This document shows, piece after piece, positions 59,227 to 64,000 of a stretch of DNA of 64,000 bases (position 1 is its first letter; each line of letters opens with the position of its first letter). The stretch is from contig JAHDCV010000001.1 in NCBI GenBank assembly GCA_020629695.1, positions 52,591-116,590 on the forward strand, in the 5' to 3' direction. A program made the position numbers and the translations under genes. The notes below the pieces were generated by a model. That model had not been told where the DNA came from, did no database searches, and saw nothing but the letters and a program-made list of their open reading frames with translations. The stretch is from Acidimicrobiales bacterium. GTDB lineage: Bacteria > Actinomycetota > Acidimicrobiia > Acidimicrobiales > SZUA-35.

Positions 59227-60207
59227 ATGCGCGCTTGGCAGATCGACGACACCGGCAATCCCCTCGACGTGATGGCTCTCCGTGACCTGCCCGAGCCCCG
59301 AGCCGGCGAGGGTGGTGTCGTGATCCAGGTGGAGGCCACCGGCATCGGGTTCCCCGACATGTTGCAGATCCAGGGCGGCTACCAGGTCAAGCCGCCGCTG
59401 CCCTTCACCCCCGGCACCGAGGTCGCCGGGGTGATCACCGAGATCGGCGAAGGGGTCGAGGGGTGGTCGGTCGGCGACCGTGTCGCCGCGCTCGGCAGCA
59501 ACGGGCTCGCGAGCCACACGAAGGCGCACGCGGCGTCATTGCTGCCCGTGCCCGAACATCTCTCGTCGGTCGACGCCGCCGCGATGCTCGTGAACCACGG
59601 CACGACGATGTTCGCGCTCGAAGACCGGGCGGACATCCAGCCCGGCGAGACCCTGCTCGTGACCGCGGCGGCCGGCGGGGCCGGCTCGTCCGCGGTCCAG
59701 CTCGGCAAGGCGCTCGGCGCCCGTGTGATCGGTCTCGCGGGTGGCGCCGCCAAGGTCTCGATGGTCTACGACCTGGGTGCCGACGTCGCCCTCGACTACA
59801 ACGAGATCGACATCGTGCCGACGATCCGCGAGATCACCGACAACCGTGGCGTCGACGTGTGTTACGAGGCCGTCGGCGGGGACGTGTTCGATCAGGTCCG
59901 CCGTTGCATGGCCTGGGACGGTCGCCTCCTCGTCATCGGCTTCACCTCCGGCCGGATCCCCGACGTGCCGGCCAACCACATCCTGCTGAAGAACTACTCG
60001 GTGGTCGGCGTGCACTGGGGTGCCGCGATCGCCCGCGACGGTGGCGCGATGCGACGAGGATGGGATCGGCTCGTGCAGTTGACCGCCGATGGTCACCTCG
60101 TGCCGCCGGTCACCGCCACCCGGCCGCTCGACGAGGCGGCCCAGGCGCTCGACGACATCGGCAACCGACGCACGACCGGCAAGGTCGTGATCGTCCCGTC
60201 GGCGTGA
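59227..60207 (+). CDS. NADPH:quinone oxidoreductase (MDR family)
   Basis: PFTPGTEVAG, AAAGGAG, GRLLVIGF, TTGKVV. Confidence 0.92.
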   Translation: MRAWQIDDTGNPLDVMALRDLPEPRAGEGGVVIQVEATGIGFPDMLQIQGGYQVKPPLPFTPGTEVAGVITEIGEGVEGWSVGDRVAALGSNGLASHTKAHAASLLPVPEHLSSVDAAAMLVNHGTTMFALEDRADIQPGETLLVTAAAGGAGSSAVQLGKALGARVIGLAGGAAKVSMVYDLGADVALDYNEIDIVPTIREITDNRGVDVCYEAVGGDVFDQVRRCMAWDGRLLVIGFTSGRIPDVPANHILLKNYSVVGVHWGAAIARDGGAMRRGWDRLVQLTADGHLVPPVTATRPLDEAAQALDDIGNRRTTGKVVIVPSA

Positions 60208-60251
60208 TGACGGCCGATCGGTCGGGGTCGACCTGGTCCGCAATTCGTGCG

Positions 60252-60280
60252 TTGACACTTACGTAAGTCGAATCTAACCT
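60252..60280 (+). promoter_or_regulatory. sigma70/HrdB promoter with overlapping operator
   Basis: TTGACA-N17-TAACCT; palindrome ACTTACGTAAGT at 60257-60268. Confidence 0.75.
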
Positions 60281-60287
60281 TCATCGG

Positions 60288-60587
60288 GTGCCACCCGATG
60301 AACTGGAAGCCTTCGCCGAACCGCGCCGCCGGATGATCCTGCGCCTGCTCCGCGACGGCGAACGCAGTGTCGGCGAGATCGCCGACACCATGCCCGATGT
60401 CTCGCGACCGGCGGTGTCCCAACACCTCCGGGTGCTCCGCGACACGGGGCTCGTGAGCGAGCGGCGGGACGGCACCCGTCGGATCTACCGATTGGATCCG
60501 ACGGGCCTGGCCCAGCTCCGCAAGGAACTCGAGGCCTTCTGGACCTCCGAGCTCCATCAGCTGGCCGATGACGCCGAGCTGGCGTGA
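60288..60587 (+). CDS. ArsR/SmtB family regulator
   Basis: EPRRRMILRLL, SRPAVSQHLRVL..GLV, RIYRL. Confidence 0.92.
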   Translation: MPPDELEAFAEPRRRMILRLLRDGERSVGEIADTMPDVSRPAVSQHLRVLRDTGLVSERRDGTRRIYRLDPTGLAQLRKELEAFWTSELHQLADDAELA

Positions 60588-60610
60588 ACCGACGAAGAGG
60601 AGTCCCACCC

Positions 60611-61594
60611 ATGTCCGACACCACGGTCGCCCACGACCTCGAGATCTCGACGAGCGTCTTGATCCACGCGAGCCGCGAGCGCGTCTGGCGGAGCCTCACC
60701 GACCCCGACCGAATCGAACGGTGGATGGCGATCGCCGCGACCATGGAGCTCCGACCGGGCGGCGCCTACGAATGGCTCGTCACACCCGGCAATCGTGCGG
60801 CCGGCACCGTGCGGGAGGTCGGCGACGGACGGCTCGTGCTCGGCTTCGGCTGGCACGGTGACGGACCGGTGCAACCCGACCAGACCGAGATCGTGATCCA
60901 GCTCCACGACGCGGGTGACCACACCCGCGTCGAGTTCCGACACCTCGGCTTCCCCGACCCCGAGTCGCGCGATCAGCACGCGTCGGGCTGGGAGCACTAT
61001 CACGAACGACTCCGGCAGGAGGCCGAGGGCGGCGACCCCGGCCTCGACCCCTGGACCGTCGGCCCGGACACGCCGGACGTCTTCAGCGCCGCCGAAGCCG
61101 CGCTGGCCGCGACCGTGGCCGTCACCCGATCGCTCGCCGATCTGGACGCGGCCACACCCTGCACCGACTTCAGGGTCGTCGACCTCCTCGCACACCTCGA
61201 GGGCGCACTTCGGACGCTCGGGGCGGCAGGCGGCATCGAGCTTCCCGAACCCGACGGCAGCCCGGCCCATCGTCTCGCCCGACTCGGCGCGGCGGCCATC
61301 GCCGGCTGGCGGGCCCGCGGCACCGAGGGCACGGTCGAGCTCCTGGGACCGGACACGCCGGCCACGGTGCCGCCGACCGTGATCTTCGAGGAACTCCTCC
61401 TCCACGGTTGGGACCTCGCTCGGTCCCACGATCTGGCCTTCGAGCCCGGACCGTCGATCGTCGAGTTCGCGCAGCGACATCTCCCCGACCTCATCGAACT
61501 CGGGCGGGACGGCCGGTTCGCACCACCCGTGGACGATGCCGATCTGATCGGGTTCGATGCGCTGCTCGCCCTCGCCGGCCGAGACCCCCGTTGA
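60611..61594 (+). CDS. SRPBCC/AHSA1 domain fused to a TIGR03086-like (DinB/MDMPI) domain
   Basis: RERVWRSLTDP..HASGWEHY; ATPCTDFRVVDLLAH..LLHGWDLA..LAGRDP. Confidence 0.82.
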   Translation: MSDTTVAHDLEISTSVLIHASRERVWRSLTDPDRIERWMAIAATMELRPGGAYEWLVTPGNRAAGTVREVGDGRLVLGFGWHGDGPVQPDQTEIVIQLHDAGDHTRVEFRHLGFPDPESRDQHASGWEHYHERLRQEAEGGDPGLDPWTVGPDTPDVFSAAEAALAATVAVTRSLADLDAATPCTDFRVVDLLAHLEGALRTLGAAGGIELPEPDGSPAHRLARLGAAAIAGWRARGTEGTVELLGPDTPATVPPTVIFEELLLHGWDLARSHDLAFEPGPSIVEFAQRHLPDLIELGRDGRFAPPVDDADLIGFDALLALAGRDPR

Positions 61595-61633
61595 CGGTGC
61601 TTCGACCCCGGAGGCCGGGCCTACCATCGCCGG

Positions 61634-62296
61634 GTGCGCCGCCTCGTGTTCACCCTGGTCTGTCTGACGCTCGCCGGCTGCGGCGGCGCTGACGACCGGA
61701 CCGCACCGTCGTTCGACGACCCCGTCGAGGTCGTGCTCCATCTCCGTGGCGACGGTTGCGCACCGAACATCGCCGGCCTCGCCACGGTCGTCGACATCGG
61801 TGACGGTCTCGGCGTGACCGTTGCGCACGGTTTCGACGACCTGGCCACGTTCGAGGTCCTCGAGGCCGACGGCCGCGTCGTACCGGCCGAACTCCTGGCC
61901 GCCGACCGGGAGCTCGACCTGGCGGTCCTCCGCCTCGAGCGCGACGGCGCCCACACAACGGTCGCACCGAGTGGCAGCCGACTCGACGGCCTCGCGACCG
62001 TGGTCACGTTCAGCCGAATCGACGACGGCCCGATCGCCCGCGACGCCGACGTCCTCCGACGTGTCACGCTCACCCTCGACGGTGAGGGACGTCGGCTCGG
62101 GTACGAACTCGGCGTGGACGTCGCTCCCGGCGACTCCGGAGGTGCGGTGCTCGATGCCGACGGGCGCCTCGGTGCGGTCGTGTTCGCCTCGGCACGAGGC
62201 GACGATCGGAGTTGGGCGACGGCGAGCGACGAACTCTCCGCGCTGCTGCTCGACGCGGCCGCCGCCACCGCCCCGATCGAGCTGATCTGCCCCTGA
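61634..62296 (+). CDS. trypsin-like peptidase lipoprotein
   Basis: LAGC lipobox, TVAH, DLAVL, GDSGG. Confidence 0.82.
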   Translation: MRRLVFTLVCLTLAGCGGADDRTAPSFDDPVEVVLHLRGDGCAPNIAGLATVVDIGDGLGVTVAHGFDDLATFEVLEADGRVVPAELLAADRELDLAVLRLERDGAHTTVAPSGSRLDGLATVVTFSRIDDGPIARDADVLRRVTLTLDGEGRRLGYELGVDVAPGDSGGAVLDADGRLGAVVFASARGDDRSWATASDELSALLLDAAAATAPIELICP

Positions 62297-62311
62297 GACC
62301 GAGGCGTACGG

Positions 62312-63439
62312 TCAGCCGCGACGAGCGGCCAGCCGGGCCGACAGTTCCTCGACCGAGGTGCGGTCGAAGGCCGCTCGGGTCAGGTGGTCGGCGTCGGTGT
62401 CGGGTGCCAGTCCACCGACGGGTTGCTCGAGGTCGAGATCGGCGGGGAAGGCATAACCGCCACACGTGGCGATCGCGGCCCGACGGACCCGCACCTCGTC
62501 CCAGCCCGACGCGACCCGCTCCTGCAGGGCCGGCAGCACCGACGCGGCCATGCGCGGACCGTCGATCTGCTCCATCACCTGACCGAACGCGGATGACACC
62601 TGGAGGAGATTCGCCATCCGCTGCACGTCGGTGGTGACGTTGGTGCCTGCGGCGTGGAACACGGCCGGATTGAAGAACACCCCGTCACCCGCCTCGAGGG
62701 CGAGCTGCACGTGGTGCTCGGCGTAGTACGCCTTGACCTCCTCGTTCCTCCACCCCAGGTAGCCGATGTCCCACCGCTGGGAAAACGGCAGGTAGGTGGT
62801 CGGCCCGGAGGCGAGCGGCATGTCGACGTGGGCGACCGCACCCTGGAGCGTCAGGGCCGGTGACAGCAGGTGGATGTGCCGGGGAAAGCGAGCCGCCTGC
62901 TCGTCGGTCATGAAGCCGAGGTGGTAGTCACGGTGCGGCTGCTGTGCCTTGCCACCCGGACGCACGACGTTGATCTGCGACGAGAGCGTGAAGCCGGGCC
63001 CGAGCCACGCCTCACACACCGCGTGCAGGGCCGGTCGCTCGTAGTAGTCGACGAACAGGCCCGGCTCGGCGACGGCGAGTTTCTCCAGCGCGTTCCAGAC
63101 CCGATCGTTGGTGCCGGCCTCGGCGAAGTGATCGCCGAACTGCTGGCCGGCGGCGTGTTGGGCGGCGATGAGTGCGTCGAACGCCGCCGTGCCGGCATCG
63201 AGGGTGTCGCGGTCGACCAGGTTCTTGATGGCCACGATGCCGGGACCGTCGGCGAAGACGGCCGCCAGCTCGCCGAGGAGATCCCGGTCACCCCCGGCGA
63301 GGGTCGCGGCGTCGTAGACCGGCACACCGTCGACGACGTCGATGGCGCGTTGCACGGTGCCGAGTTCATCGCCTCGTTCGACGATCGCGGCGAGATCCGC
63401 CACGTCGACCTGTGTGTTGTCCATCCACGTCGTGCTCAT
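62312..63439 (-). CDS. phytanoyl-CoA dioxygenase family protein
   Basis: NDRVWNALEK, PHRDYH (HxD), FHAAG. Confidence 0.88.
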   Translation of the reverse strand: MSTTWMDNTQVDVADLAAIVERGDELGTVQRAIDVVDGVPVYDAATLAGGDRDLLGELAAVFADGPGIVAIKNLVDRDTLDAGTAAFDALIAAQHAAGQQFGDHFAEAGTNDRVWNALEKLAVAEPGLFVDYYERPALHAVCEAWLGPGFTLSSQINVVRPGGKAQQPHRDYHLGFMTDEQAARFPRHIHLLSPALTLQGAVAHVDMPLASGPTTYLPFSQRWDIGYLGWRNEEVKAYYAEHHVQLALEAGDGVFFNPAVFHAAGTNVTTDVQRMANLLQVSSAFGQVMEQIDGPRMAASVLPALQERVASGWDEVRVRRAAIATCGGYAFPADLDLEQPVGGLAPDTDADHLTRAAFDRTSVEELSARLAARRG

Positions 63440-63499
63440 CTCATCGTCTCCTCGCCATGGTTGCCGGGACGGCCCTGCCGACCGGGCCTGAGTCGTTCG

Positions 63500-64000
63500 C
63501 TACCAGCCGATGCGCTGGTCGGCCTTGCCCTTGTCGAGGTCGGCCCGGGCGTCGAGCACGCTCTGCATGTTCGACACCTCCGGCACCCCGACCTCCCAGA
63601 ACGAGCCACCCTCGGTCCAGGTGTACTGATCGACCTCGAGCACGATGACCGAGGTCCGTTCGTGTTCACGGGCCCGCTCGACCGCGGCCTTGAGCCCGTC
63701 GATCGAGTCGACCGTCACCGACCGGGCACCCATCGAGGCCGCATGGGCGGCGAAGTCGACCCGCACCACCTCGTCGCCACCGAGCCGGCAGTCCTCCAGC
63801 AGGTTGTTGAACGGCTTGCCGCCCTGGTTGATCTGCAGCCGGTTGATGACCGCGAACCCGGCGTTGTCGCAGACGATCACGATCATCTTGTGACCGGCGA
63901 GCACCGAGGAATACAGGTCGGAGTTCATCATCAGGTAGGAACCGTCACCGACGAAGACGAAGACCTCACCGTCGGTCTCGGCACCGCCGCCGGGCCCGTA
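63500..64000 (-). CDS. iolD: 3D-(3,5/4)-trihydroxycyclohexane-1,2-dione acylhydrolase, C-terminal part (5'-truncated)
   Basis: VGDGSYLMMNSDL..DNAGFAVINRLQ..FNN, WEVGVPEVS. Confidence 0.88.
   Translation of the reverse strand, partial: YGPGGGAETDGEVFVFVGDGSYLMMNSDLYSSVLAGHKMIVIVCDNAGFAVINRLQINQGGKPFNNLLEDCRLGGDEVVRVDFAAHAASMGARSVTVDSIDGLKAAVERAREHERTSVIVLEVDQYTWTEGGSFWEVGVPEVSNMQSVLDARADLDKGKADQRIGW

Overview
High-GC actinobacterial chromosome segment, probably Acidimicrobiia (inferred from gene content and synteny, not from a marker gene). It holds about 67 densely packed, mostly housekeeping or metabolic genes: pepN, dxs, galU-moeA-moaA-moaC, tldD/pmbA, amt, a P450, ferredoxin and reductase, a two-component system with a Mo oxidoreductase, c-di-GMP proteins and a partial iolD, plus tRNA-Ala(CGC). 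No integrase, transposase, CRISPR or phage module is visible. Four observations stand out. (1) An intact ammonium transporter has no glnK next to it, sits behind a FliA/WhiG (sigma28)-type promoter shared with two c-di-GMP genes, ends in a FliM-like CheY-binding peptide (EVLTSDELEALL), and is translationally coupled to a 59-aa ORF missing from the ORF track; this is a candidate ammonium-to-motility signalling module. (2) A TlpA-like lipoprotein is split by an in-frame TGA at the first Cys of its CxxC motif (UPSC), so it is a probable selenoprotein. (3) A ~160-nt rod-like structured non-coding segment lies upstream of galU. (4) A three-copy 53-bp palindromic tandem repeat. All product calls come from motif recognition by eye; no database search or folding program was run.
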